A stretch of 63,730 bases of DNA, the filler included, from Rhabdomonas costata (taxonomy: Eukaryota), in assembly GCA_019059605.1 (NCBI GenBank). It is 58 parts of 58 records of this genome, joined end to end, with 100 filler letters (N's around TTAATTAATTAA, not from the genome) between each part and the next. Parts side by side here need not be neighbours in the genome. Positions count along the whole stretch, not along the records: positions 38,522 to 39,526 come from JAHMHO010034461.1; positions 39,627 to 40,626 come from JAHMHO010034462.1; positions 40,727 to 41,726 come from JAHMHO010034463.1; positions 41,827 to 42,827 come from JAHMHO010034464.1; positions 42,928 to 43,927 come from JAHMHO010034465.1; positions 44,028 to 45,027 come from JAHMHO010034467.1; positions 45,128 to 46,127 come from JAHMHO010034468.1; positions 46,228 to 47,227 come from JAHMHO010034469.1; 50 more parts are not named here. One strand, 5' to 3'. The first letter of the stretch is position 1, and each line of letters opens with the position of its first letter. The notes under the pieces are model-generated. The model had not been told where the DNA came from and searched no databases. It saw only the letters and a program-made list of their open reading frames with translations. Below, one piece after another: positions 39,220-50,837 of the stretch. Made by a program: the position numbers and the translations under genes.

Positions 39220-39491
39220 GTTTGCCTCCCTGTGTCTCTATGTGTGTGGGAGAGAGATAGCTCTTTTTCAGTCATCATCTTTATTCTCGCAACCGCTGGA
39301 AACTTCAGGCTCCTTATGTCCCCATCCAGACCCCTGCTGGCCCCCATTTTCACAGGGAAGACCTGGGGTGGGACCAGAGTTGCTTTCGCCCTAACGCCTA
39401 GTCCAGACCAGCGTGGTAGACCGTGAAAATGGATTTGAGCCGATTTCGATGCCTTCCAGTATCCCTACAACTGTTTACCCTTCTCACCCAG

Positions 39492-39492
<1 letters not shown>

Positions 39493-39526
<34 letters not shown>
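39493..39526 (+). repeat. (TG)17 microsatellite
   Basis: Direct reading. Confidence 0.95.
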
Positions 39527-39817
39527 NNNNNNNNNNNNNNNNNNNNNNNNNNNNNNNNNNNNNNNNNNNNTTAATTAATTAANNNNNNNNNNNNNNNNNN
39601 NNNNNNNNNNNNNNNNNNNNNNNNNNCTTCGAAGGGAAACCGTCACATGGGATATTCTGAGTGAGGGGTGTAACTATCTTATATTGAGGAGCGGTTCCTC
39701 AACGTGGCACCTGTCCACTTCCATTGTTCGAACGGCACGTCAATAGGGCCCTTCACTCATTCGAGAGTGTATAATACCGTTATACGGTAACAACGCCCCC
39801 CCCACACACACACACAC

Positions 39818-40090
39818 TTCGTGGGTCCACGAGCTGGTGCTTTCCTCGGCGTTCCAGTCGGCCTGTGCAGCGGCGGTGCAGAGAGGGACGCCCCCGCGGG
39901 TAGTAACCCGCGAGCTTCCGGGGACAAGCAACGCGTAGAGCTCTGCGAAGCACTCTACAAAGCAATGCATTGAAGGAAGCTTCTGCTGCGAGGCCTGCTG
40001 TACGGGCGGCAGTGGCGGCGCAGTCGCGGGCGCGGGAGCCGCCATGGCAGCCCACCACTCCTCGATACACTTGGCTAGGGCAGGATTAGG
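39818..40090 (-). CDS. Exon beginning with a U-box C-terminal helix
   Basis: PNPALAKCIEEW resembles U-box PN.ALK..I.EW; 273-nt phase-0 exon. Confidence 0.5.
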
Positions 40091-40516
40091 CTGGAGCAGC
40101 ACAAAAACCCACGAAAAGAGTGAACAACAAAACCCTGATCTGGCTCATCAAAGACAAATTGGGACCATTACGGCACGGAAAATTGAAGCAAGAAGGGCGG
40201 GTGGGCATTCTTTTGGGTGGGTGGGTGAGTGGATGAGGTACATTCCACCATGGACACTCCCAATCCCTACTCCTGCCTTGGCTCGTTTCCAACCTCTCTC
40301 TCTGTTGCTTAGCTCGCTCCCGATCTCTGGAAAACCTTCGTGCCTTTTGCCAATGTCCCTGTCACAATCGCATAGACATACGCGTTCCGTTCGAATACGT
40401 TTGGATGCACTCCCTGCTTGATACTTTTGATGTTTGCACGTGAACCTTGTGGCACTTTCCCCTGGTTCATGCACTCCCAATATTTGGGTCCAAATCCAGT
40501 GGATTATTCCATTAAT

Positions 40517-40518
<2 letters not shown>

Positions 40519-40548
<30 letters not shown>
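40519..40548 (+). repeat. (CTG)10 microsatellite
   Basis: Direct reading. Confidence 0.95.
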
Positions 40549-40549
<1 letters not shown>

Positions 40550-43207
40550 GTTCAAAACTTCAAAACTTCGAAACTTCCAAATTTTCACGGGTTTGCCCAG
40601 CAGCGGCCCGCGGGGGCCACCCACCCNNNNNNNNNNNNNNNNNNNNNNNNNNNNNNNNNNNNNNNNNNNNTTAATTAATTAANNNNNNNNNNNNNNNNNN
40701 NNNNNNNNNNNNNNNNNNNNNNNNNNCGCCTGCGTGGAGAGGTGCGTGTGATTGTAAGGGTGGAGCAATTGGCGTGGTGGCAGAGGTGAAGTGGATCTCC
40801 CGATTGGATCATAACTTTTCTCATCCCTTGATGGCTGCAGATGTGCCCGCTCGTAGTGGCGAAGGTTTGTGTCAGAGGGGGACATGTGTATGTGTGCGTG
40901 GGTTGGGGTTCGGGAATTCGGTATTGGGTGTACAAGGCACTTGACAGTGTGTCCAAAGCTGTGCTTGCTTCTCCATGTCTGCCTGGCAGTTTCCCGTAGC
41001 GCTCATGCTCAGGCTCTCTCACTCTGCCATTTACATATGTTCTCGTCAGGACAGAAACCCCGCCTGGTTTCCATGCAGGTTGTGCATCTGACGACGTTTG
41101 TCCTTTTTTGTGTGATTTTCCGTGATCTTTTCCCCGCAGAAAGGACTATAACAGAGTGCTTGTTAGGGGCATAGCGCGCTGGCTGTCACCTGATTGACTG
41201 TTGGTGGCCTCCATCCACTGAAAGGCGCACGGGTGCTTGCGAGAGGTACCTTTCCAGCACACGGTGACATGGGGTACCCGCTTACCCCCGAGGGTTCCAT
41301 ACGTGCCGTGACCTCCCTTCTGCCCCACTTTGAGCTGGCTTTCGCTTCCCTTCTAATCGTTAAGAAGAAAAAAAACACAAAACGTCAGAGGCATTATCTG
41401 CTCAAATCAGCAGAGTGCAATAGTGCGCCGGCACCGATTTTGTCATGTCCAAGCCAATGCATTAAAAAATATCATGTGCACCACGGGAGTCTGAAGTCAG
41501 GCAAGCAATCCTTCCTGTCTTCTTCCGACATCACGATCCGACAACAACCGACAACCCGTGCCGAAAAAAAAAAGGCCTACTCACCGTTCGCAGCACAAAA
41601 CGCCTTCACTGGGTCGCACTCCCTTCCCAGCGGACGCGGAAGCACCGCGGCCCTTTGCCAAAGAACAAACTTTTTCGACGGCCATCCTCGCTACTGATCA
41701 GGTCGCGCCCTTTTTAGGGGGCTGTGNNNNNNNNNNNNNNNNNNNNNNNNNNNNNNNNNNNNNNNNNNNNTTAATTAATTAANNNNNNNNNNNNNNNNNN
41801 NNNNNNNNNNNNNNNNNNNNNNNNNNGGTTTGGGTTCAAAAGGGCCCAGCACCCGCACACAGAGAGGAGGACGGGGGTGGGGGTAAGCCGAAGCAAACTC
41901 ACTTCAGGCGACGGCTAAGTCGACGCTGCCCAGCTGCCCAGCCATGCTGGCGAAGTCACGCAGCCGACCTACTCCCCGCGGCGGGGGTGCAGTCTCATTC
42001 CCCACGGCAGTGCTGCTCAAAGCTTTTTCACTTAGAACCCAGAACATCCCGTTCCGAAAATTCAGAAAATTCATAATTTTTCAAAAGAATCGGGTCGCTG
42101 GTTTTTACCAGTTTCCCTTCTGGTTGTTTCCAGTGCCTCCCTCCCTTCCTGCTTAGCTTCTTGCCCTCATTCTCACTGCTTTTGCAAAGGTGGAGTTTCG
42201 CCGGGAGCTGCGGACCTGCTTTGGCCCGCAGGTTGCGAGTCAAATCGAAGTTAGTGTCATTGACGGCTTCCAGGCATGTCTTCCTGTCGCTTCCTTTTCC
42301 CCCCTCCTTTCATCTTCCTTCCCACTTCCTATATCTGCAACTTTTTTCTGCCCATGGACGAGTCCAACGGAGCTGTGGCCGTCTTTGCCGCCCTTTAATT
42401 GTCTCGCTGGAAACTCAATGTCCACTCATAAGTGTTAGTGCCTCCCCACATCTCTCCAGCGCTTACTTCTTGAAGGCCCGGCCTGTTCCTAGCATCCCCT
42501 CCGGGAAACAGCCCACTTCTGAGTAGCAGGGTTAGCGGATATTCAGCCAGTAGCGCGACCCAGTGTGTCTGACAGCAGCTTCATTCGCTGCTTTGTCATT
42601 CTTTAAAACCCCTTTATGCAGCAAACGCACGACTTATACTTTTGTTATGTGTGTTGTCTTTGGTCATTGTGTGTTGAGCTTGGTTGCCATATTGTTTGGA
42701 AAGGCCCGAACGGGCCAAACGCATAGCTGCTTTTGACGCAATGTGCTCCCCTGCTATGACTTTGGCCCGTTCGGGCCTTTCCAAACAATATGGCAACCAA
42801 GCTCAACACACAATGACCAAACCCACANNNNNNNNNNNNNNNNNNNNNNNNNNNNNNNNNNNNNNNNNNNNTTAATTAATTAANNNNNNNNNNNNNNNNN
42901 NNNNNNNNNNNNNNNNNNNNNNNNNNNGGGGGTGGGTGGAACTCACCCCGTTTGGACAAATGGGGCGACGATACCACATCATATCAATAGACAATGAGTG
43001 GAATAATTGCGAATCAACTTCAAATCAGTCTTACCTTTTCCAATTTTCGCTCCATACGTCCGAAATCGTGAACCTCAGTACACGTCTAAAACTGCTCATC
43101 ATTGCATGATGTGGCACGGGCAATGTCATTTTCGGCAGGTAAGCGACCTGAATTCGTTTAGAGGTAGGGATACAAACTTATATACCGTACCCAACCAAAA
43201 AGAGAAC

Positions 43208-43514
43208 CTGGCCACCCGTGGATAAAGAACAGCAAGTCCCGCTGGGCGGGCCCCGCCGAGGGGTGGTGGAAGACGTGCAGGCTGGGGCGGACCTCCACCA
43301 CGGGACGCCGAAGGAACCGCTGGATGACCTTCCGCCCCACCATCTGCAGCACTGCCACAGGGGCCCACAGCGAGAAAAGGAGCAGGCCCAAGGGCATCAG
43401 CCCACACCACAGCGGAATGGTGAGCGTGACGAGGACCATGATCACCTGAATCGTCTCCCGAATCAGAGCGAGCACCTCGCGGACAAGGGAGGTAAAGGCT
43501 GACACCACCCTCAT
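43208..43514 (-). CDS. Membrane-anchored alpha/beta hydrolase (epoxide hydrolase-like), first exon
   Basis: Hydrophobic N-terminus, then LLFFIHGWP (HGxP oxyanion motif), then a GT donor. Confidence 0.65.
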
Positions 43515-44066
43515 TTTGATGAGACCAATGACGAGAACACAAAAATCCTGGCCCAGAATTCAGGAAAGAAACCAAAAATATTTGACAGCGCAACAAGGCT
43601 GCTTGCGCGGGTTAATACTCTCGAGCCAGCACTTGGGCCATTTTTGACCTACAAAAATGTGGAGCAGCGGCGTACCCCCCGCACCCATCACATAGAACCA
43701 CCCATACAATGAAATAAGTATTTTCACCCACCAACCGGTGTAACCTCACTGTGAGAAAACTGCGAAAACTCGGAATTCCGGATACTCTCAACCTCAACCC
43801 TACGGGATTGAAGCATTGCAGTGCTTGGAAAACGTTTCACTCAACCTTCAGGGAAGCCTCTCATTTCCTGCATCGTTTGCCTTAAAAACGGGCAACAGGG
43901 GGTGAGGGTCCCTGGGTCCCACAACCCNNNNNNNNNNNNNNNNNNNNNNNNNNNNNNNNNNNNNNNNNNNNTTAATTAATTAANNNNNNNNNNNNNNNNN
44001 NNNNNNNNNNNNNNNNNNNNNNNNNNNGTGGTGGGTGTGTTTGGGGGGGGGTGGGAGGGGACGAAC

Positions 44067-45027
44067 ATATGGCGCCAGTGCGAGAGCCTGGTCCAGGCTA
44101 TTGAGGTCTGTACCAGCACTGGTGACCGTCATGTACGTCACCTCCATTGCGTTCTGGACTGAGCCCAGAAAGCTCTGGAGGTTGCTGACAAACTGCGGAA
44201 GAAGGGGGGCATCGCTCCAAAAAGAAAACATTTGAAAGATCGCGGTGGACGCTTTCATTTGGCGAACTTATGACGCTCTTATTTATTGTGCCTTTTTGTC
44301 CAAAAATGAGACACTTTAGGACATAATAGAGGTTTTCCTGGAAGAGAAAGAACTACACTGTCGCAAAATGGCGCTGGCATCTGTTTGATGTGAAAGTAAA
44401 CCACCAAAAGCATCGCCAAACGAGCTCGGCGGTATCCCAAATCACCTGAACTGAGCGCGAATTTTGATCTGAGTTTCTTTGCAAAGCCCAGTTTTAGCAT
44501 TTTTGTCTGAATTTTGGGTTTCAGCAGTTTTCCAGGGGGGAGGGGAACTGGTTCTCTGCACAAGATTGGTCACAATGTTTTGAGTTCGCCAAATAAGCGT
44601 CCACCGCGATATGATTAGGGATCCTACGCGCCCCTCGATAACGTTTTGAACGAAACGAAGCAAAAGAAAAAACACCAAACAGCAAAAGCAGCTGGGCAGC
44701 TGGGAAAATAGGGTCACTGTCTGCTTGCAAAAGTGCTTAAGTTCAAAAGTTCAAAAGGGAGCGAAAGGAAGAGGTACCTGGCCGAGGTTCCTGCTGAGGA
44801 GCTCCGCACTCATGGTCAGGACCTGGTCCTGGGAGGCCGCGAAGGCCGACATCATGGTGCTCGTCGAAAGCCCCACCGAGTGCACCAGGGCCGTGGTGGA
44901 GCGCTCCGAGACGTTCGCCAGGATGGCCGCGGTGCTGGTGGAGAACAGCGCGGCGGCCCGAGTGGAGGCCTCCCTCTGGTCCGCCAGGGCATTGCTGGAG
45001 TACACCACCATCACTGCCACCACGGAG
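44067..45027 (-). CDS. Receptor-like protein N-terminal region, exons 45027-44778 and 44192-44067
   Basis: Two phase-0 exons splice in frame; end of a TM segment followed by an S/A/T-rich helical region. Confidence 0.55.
44239..44610. mobile_element. Candidate MITE within an intron
   Basis: About 29-nt inverted repeats (44239-44269 and 44582-44610, 2-nt indel) flanking non-coding DNA, well away from contig ends. Confidence 0.45.
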
Positions 45028-47759
45028 NNNNNNNNNNNNNNNNNNNNNNNNNNNNNNNNNNNNNNNNNNNNTTAATTAATTAANNNNNNNNNNNNNNNNN
45101 NNNNNNNNNNNNNNNNNNNNNNNNNNNTGTGGGGTGTGTTTGGTGGGGGTGGTGATTTACAGGAAAGGGAAGGTTTTTATGGTTGCAAATGCGGGTTAAC
45201 ACAGAATAATACGCATGTAAGTATGTCAGTCACACAGAAGGAGCAAGGCAGAGTGGTCGAACTATCAGGAAGATGGAGAACAAGAAGCTGTTGACGGGAC
45301 GGAAGATAAAATTGACGATAGATAATGCATGACTCTTTTTTGGCTCTGCTTGGAATTCTGCTGCTACGGGCCCGTGTTTGCAGGACTGGCTCCGGTGGCC
45401 CCCCTGCCCTGTGGGGACTCCCCCACCCGAGCCCCATGGAGAGGAGTAGGCTCAGAGAGGCGAGCGCGGCGCCACTGAGGATGAGCCTGAGTCAGGCCTT
45501 TGCGCTTAGCCGGAGGCAGGCAGGCCCTGTCGGCGAGCCCGCCGCTCGGGCTCAGCCGGAGCTGCCCTTGCAGCAGCAGCGAAGTGGGATATCTGGCGAA
45601 AGGTCAGCGGAAGCCTATTTTCTTCTGGATCCGTCGCACACTCCTGAAACCTGTGATTCCATCTGTTTGACAGTTTCACTTTTTCTTGATGTGGCAAACG
45701 TTGAATGATTATTGCGGTTTTTTAAGGTTGCCTGACTCGAAGAAGTGTGTTGGTGCTACAGACACAACTGTCCCTAAGTCAAAGAATAAAAGCTTGCTCT
45801 GGAGGGGGGACAGCCTAGTTTTGGTTCGGGTTGCTAAAAATTAGGGGGCATGGACCTACAGGGCCCTTTTTCAACCTTTTCCATGGTTGACCAGCAGCGT
45901 TCGTGCAAGAGGCTTCATATGGTTTGACTGCACATGAAGAATATCGCAGACAAGAACTGAACGGGAGAGATGTATGGAGGAACTGCACGGAAACTGCGTG
46001 GACCCAAAGCTCGGGTACTCTGGTCGGACAAGCACAGTCGGTTCCCTGATGAAGTGGAAAGCGAGCATGGAGTCGTGCTGCACAGTTGAATATCCTTTCC
46101 CACCACCCACCCAAACACACCCACCACNNNNNNNNNNNNNNNNNNNNNNNNNNNNNNNNNNNNNNNNNNNNTTAATTAATTAANNNNNNNNNNNNNNNNN
46201 NNNNNNNNNNNNNNNNNNNNNNNNNNNGTTGTGGGGGTGTGTTTGGTGTTTTTTGTTACTTTAGGAAAGTCTAAAAGTTTTAAGCCAGTTTCCGGTAACG
46301 ACTGGTAACAGGAAACTGGCTTAAAACTTTTAGACTTTCCTAAAGTAACGAAAAATGGTCACTTAAAATATTCCGGCACCCTCTAAATGACTTTGTTTTG
46401 TGTAAAACCTTGTCATTGCCCCCCAGATGATTGTTTTTGCTTGGCAGCTGGAAACTACTGCTTAGCTAAGGACTCGCCAATGGTTGGGACATGGCCGGAC
46501 GAGTAGGGCAGCATTACTAAAAGGGGCTAGGGCCAGCAGGGAGGCGGGCCGCGGAATCCGAAGCAGGCGGCTGGAGCGGGGGCGTGCTTGGGAGAGGGGA
46601 TCATAACTTACCGCTTACTACTGTGAACCGTTACCACTTCCATTGCACCCAGCTCTTAGCCAGCTTTTAGTAAAATTGTACCCAAACCTGACTGCAGTCA
46701 GGAGATGATTCTTAACTTTTCAGCTGGAGGTCGCTGCCCGAGACTCAGAACCGTCCCGGGGAGCATCTCACAGATTCAAGAATCACACCTGACATCCTAT
46801 ATATAGTGCCGCCTTGGCCCGCGTTTCTGCTTAACACCCCACAAACTCCGGTTAGATTCACACTATCCCTCAGACGACATCGACTATTCAAACAAATTCA
46901 AACATAGTTATGCTTCCCATTGATCAGAACGTTCTGAAGCGCGGCAGCCCATCGCATTTTCGCCCATCGCTGAGACAAATCGTTCGGACAGCAGAGCTGG
47001 GCCTTCGGACAGGGTCATGGCACGCGCTGAGTCCCAAGGAGCAGTTATGCAGGGAGGAGAACGATCAAAGTCTGTGAGAGCTGACAAGAGCAGATCACAC
47101 AGATCACGTGCGAAATATTCCACAGCGCACAACCGGGTCAAGGCAGGCTCTACCTCAATGACCCGGCTTGCCGTGTTGGCTGCGGAGAGCATCCGGGTGC
47201 CGCACTCCAGCAGCCGTCCCAACCCCCNNNNNNNNNNNNNNNNNNNNNNNNNNNNNNNNNNNNNNNNNNNNTTAATTAATTAANNNNNNNNNNNNNNNNN
47301 NNNNNNNNNNNNNNNNNNNNNNNNNNNGGTGGGTTTTGGAGCATCCGCTCATCCGCTCCTACACTATCTCCGTCAGGAAGCTCGTCATCTGCGAAGTCTT
47401 CGTCTTCTGGTTCAATGTCGTACTCCACTTGTCTAGATGGGACTGGCAACTATGACAACTCTTCAACTTCCTCATCTTCCGAGTATGGACTCCACACTGG
47501 GTCAGTCCTTTGACACTATCTTCCTCGTCCTCTTTGTTTGGTCTTCTCAATGGAGTTTGGCTTTCACTTGACTCTTACTCCTCTTCTGAGTTTAGAGGAC
47601 TATCAGTCACTTCTTCGCGAACACTCGCTTGAGTCGATCTTCTCAATTTATCTTGCAACTCCGATGGATCCATACACTTATCTTCCTCTAAGCCTTCCAC
47701 TGAAGTTCTCGACTTCGATCAGTGAAATACACCTCCTCCAGATCCACCACGTTACAACT

Positions 47760-48300
47760 CTCCTTCTGGTGGACATGTTAATTCTTTTCTGCCGTCGACA
47801 GCTTTCTAGACCGGCACGCCAGGAGATGTAACTGCCCATCGTCACATTCCTGCGACAGTGTGGCTCCAATCCACACTTCCGAAGCATCGGTTTGAAGCAC
47901 CATCGGCTTCTGAAAGTCTTGCACCACAAGAACAGGATGCTTTAGCAATCTAGCCTTTAGCCTCTGAAGCATTCTCCTTCGCTTCACTCCAAACCCATTT
48001 TCTCTTCTTTTTAATCAGGTGCATCAGGGGGGCTGCCACTGTGAATTAGTCCTCCACGAACCTCTGGTAAAAGCCACACAGTCCTAGGAAATTTTTAACA
48101 TCCTCAGTGTTCTTTAGCTGCAGCCTTTTATATAGCGCCATGAGCGTTCTTTTTTTATGGCATGATTCCATTCCGTCCCACAATAAAACCACAGTACTCT
48201 ACCTCGTACTGAGCAAACACGCATTTATCCGTATTTTTATATAGCTTTTCTTTATCCAACCTCTGGTGTAAGAACTCGCAACTCCTAGACGTGAGCTTCT
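47760..48300 (-). mobile_element. Degenerate Ty3/gypsy pol (RT C-terminus, connection, RNase H)
   Basis: KCVFAQYEVEYCGFIVG, DVKNFLGLCGFYQRFV, PVLVVQDFQKPMVLQTDASEVWIGATLSQ...SRKLSTAEKN, with stops and frameshifts. Confidence 0.9.
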
Positions 48301-48573
48301 AGCGTGTCCGTGTGTACCAACAAACACNNNNNNNNNNNNNNNNNNNNNNNNNNNNNNNNNNNNNNNNNNNNTTAATTAATTAANNNNNNNNNNNNNNNNN
48401 NNNNNNNNNNNNNNNNNNNNNNNNNNNGTGGGTTGTGGCGAAGAGAGAGCGAGAAAGCCGGACGGAAACATAGGAGACTTGTGTGCTGAGAGCCCATGGC
48501 AAAAGACTGGCACGAAAACCCAAAGTAACCAGAACTTCTTATATTCATGGTCTGCACGAATCACGCTGTACAG

Positions 48574-49073
48574 GACTACACCCTTCCCTTACCGTTTCGG
48601 CAGGTACTGGTGTGTTTGCTTGAGCCCCATAGAAAGCCTGATAACTTCTATACCAGAGATGCATAGAGAGCTGCGCGGATTCAAGCGGGGGCGACACAAT
48701 GAAGTTAAATTCAATGTGGGCTGAGCAAGTGGTCAATTCAGCAGAGACCTGCGCTGCCCATTGAATGCGAAGGAGGGACTTTCTGCTAACCGCGGCCGTA
48801 GTGGAAATGCGTCGCCGCAAGAGCTGCTGTCATGCGGTCGTGATTATGGTCATCTCGGAAGTATGCAAAATGGCCAGTCGTGAGTGAGGAAACGCTTTCC
48901 ATGTAACTGCTTGGCTACACTCACAGGCTAACTTCGCGCTGCGGACGAACTCCGTGGAGGAGCTGCCTCGGGTGCGAGACTTTGTGGTGCACCTGGACCG
49001 CAGCCTTGCCGCGTTGCCTCCAGTGCAGCTTAGCGTGCAGCTCTTCCGCGGGATCAATGTCCCTGTGGACCCG
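48574..49073 (+). CDS. ADP-ribosyltransferase (ART)-like domain, micro-exon 48574-48603 plus exon 48927-49073
   Basis: Spliced DYTLPLPFRQ|ANFALR...FVVHLDRSLAALPP...LFRGI fits the YT...N.ALR...L..AL..LP...(Y/F)RG pattern of R-S-E ARTs. Confidence 0.6.
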
Positions 49074-50193
49074 GTGAGAGCCCACCTCCGCCGCTGTGCT
49101 TTTTGCCTCAGCGCCGCCCATTTTCATACTCGTATTTTATACGAAGGGTTTCCGAACCTGCAGATATTAAACGGCAAAACAGATGGCGCCTCACGGGGTT
49201 TGGTGCTATTTTCTATTTCTATCCTACAGTGCGAGAAAAATTTCTCTGGAGCGCTGGCAACTGGTTTCAATGGGAAAAATCGTTGCTGGCACACCGGCGT
49301 GCATGTGGGCGGACCGCGTGCCAGCCTACTGTTCTTTCTCATATCAAAGCCCAAGCCCGATGTAAAGCCAGTGCAAAAACAAAAGGTCAAAAACGGCTCT
49401 TGCAAGCCTGTGTAAGGGCAAAAAAAACNNNNNNNNNNNNNNNNNNNNNNNNNNNNNNNNNNNNNNNNNNNNTTAATTAATTAANNNNNNNNNNNNNNNN
49501 NNNNNNNNNNNNNNNNNNNNNNNNNNNNGGTTGGACTCATTGGGTACTAGCGGATGTTCGGTTGGTTTGAGAGTGCAGCTAGGGAAGCAAGGGTTCTTTT
49601 GTGTATTTCTCTGGGGGCAGCTTTATTTTTGCTTTGCGACTGATTTACTACTTTCCTTTTTGTGTGAACTTTTCGTGCGATAACTCCTTACCCTTCTCGC
49701 CTCCATCGCCATTGCTCAGAGACTCTCGTTGAGAGCTCTTCTTGGGGTGACCTTTGCATCTCTTGGTTCTGTTTTATCGATCATACTTCAAGGGCGCCTG
49801 TGTTGCTCAGCTCATGTGACACAAGTGGACCTATCGCAGCTCGTTGGTCTTGGGTTGGTTTCCTGTTAAGAGATTATCGCTGCCCTTCATCAGTATCCCT
49901 TCAGTCGCTTGGATAAGGCCTCAATTTGCTAGGTGCTGTCCATGTTTATATTTGTGGAACAGAGATATTTCTTTAGTTGCCAACCCGCGCGCTGGCCACG
50001 GATGGACCACAATAAGACGTGGTGGTGCTTGCGGGAAGCAGGCAGTTCCGTTTCGCGTGACTCTTACTCTTGCAGCCACTCTACCATTGGCTCGTTTTTC
50101 CTTTTACTATCTTCTCTTGTTGTGCTTGTTTTCCGATGACTCCTGTGTAATCTGCTCCCCACCACCCCATTCTGTTGCATTGCTGACATCGTG

Positions 50194-50515
50194 ATGCCTG
50201 TTACCGCCTCTCGGAGGGCTTCAGCAGTGTGCAGCTTCTTTGTCACCAACCTGCTCTCCCTGAAAGTCCTGCTGACGATCTCCTTCATTGCATTGATGGT
50301 CGTCGCGGGGTTTCTGGGGTTCTACCTGACCTTCGTGCAGAGCCAGCGGAGCCTGCTTACCCTTGCCGAGGTGGACATGCAGGAGGCGGCCAGCAGTGTG
50401 ATGCAGCTGATCGAGTCCAAAGTTAGACAGGCCATCTGCTGAACAACGCCGAGGCTACTCCCACCATGTTGGTCAAGGTCATCGGCCACCACAGCTTCCA
50501 CGCCGTCACAAAGTT
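50194..50515 (+). CDS. N-terminus of a receptor-type cyclase/kinase (TM + Cache-like helix), with an apparent frameshift or intron at ~50422
   Basis: SLKVLLTISFIALMVVAGFLGFYLTF..SQRSLLTLA resembles the bacterial-type SLR.VL...F..L TM-sensor start; a coding-like frame HLLNNAEATP resumes after a shift. Confidence 0.55.
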
Positions 50516-50791
50516 GTCCAACCCAACCNNNNNNNNNNNNNNNNNNNNNNNNNNNNNNNNNNNNNNNNNNNNTTAATTAATTAANNNNNNNNNNNNNNNN
50601 NNNNNNNNNNNNNNNNNNNNNNNNNNNNGTTTTTGTTGACAGCAAATATCCTCAGTACCTCGTACAATTGCTGTCAACAAAAAACGAGACCTGGTCAGGT
50701 CTAAATGTCACGGCGCTCGGGCGATGCCGGACGGGACACGGGACATGTACCCGCTTTCACGCCTGGCTTCAGTTGGTGCGTTAAGAGGAAC

Positions 50792-50793
<2 letters not shown>

Positions 50794-50836
<43 letters not shown>
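50794..50836 (+). repeat. (GA)~21 microsatellite
   Basis: Direct reading. Confidence 0.95.
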
Positions 50837-50837
<1 letters not shown>

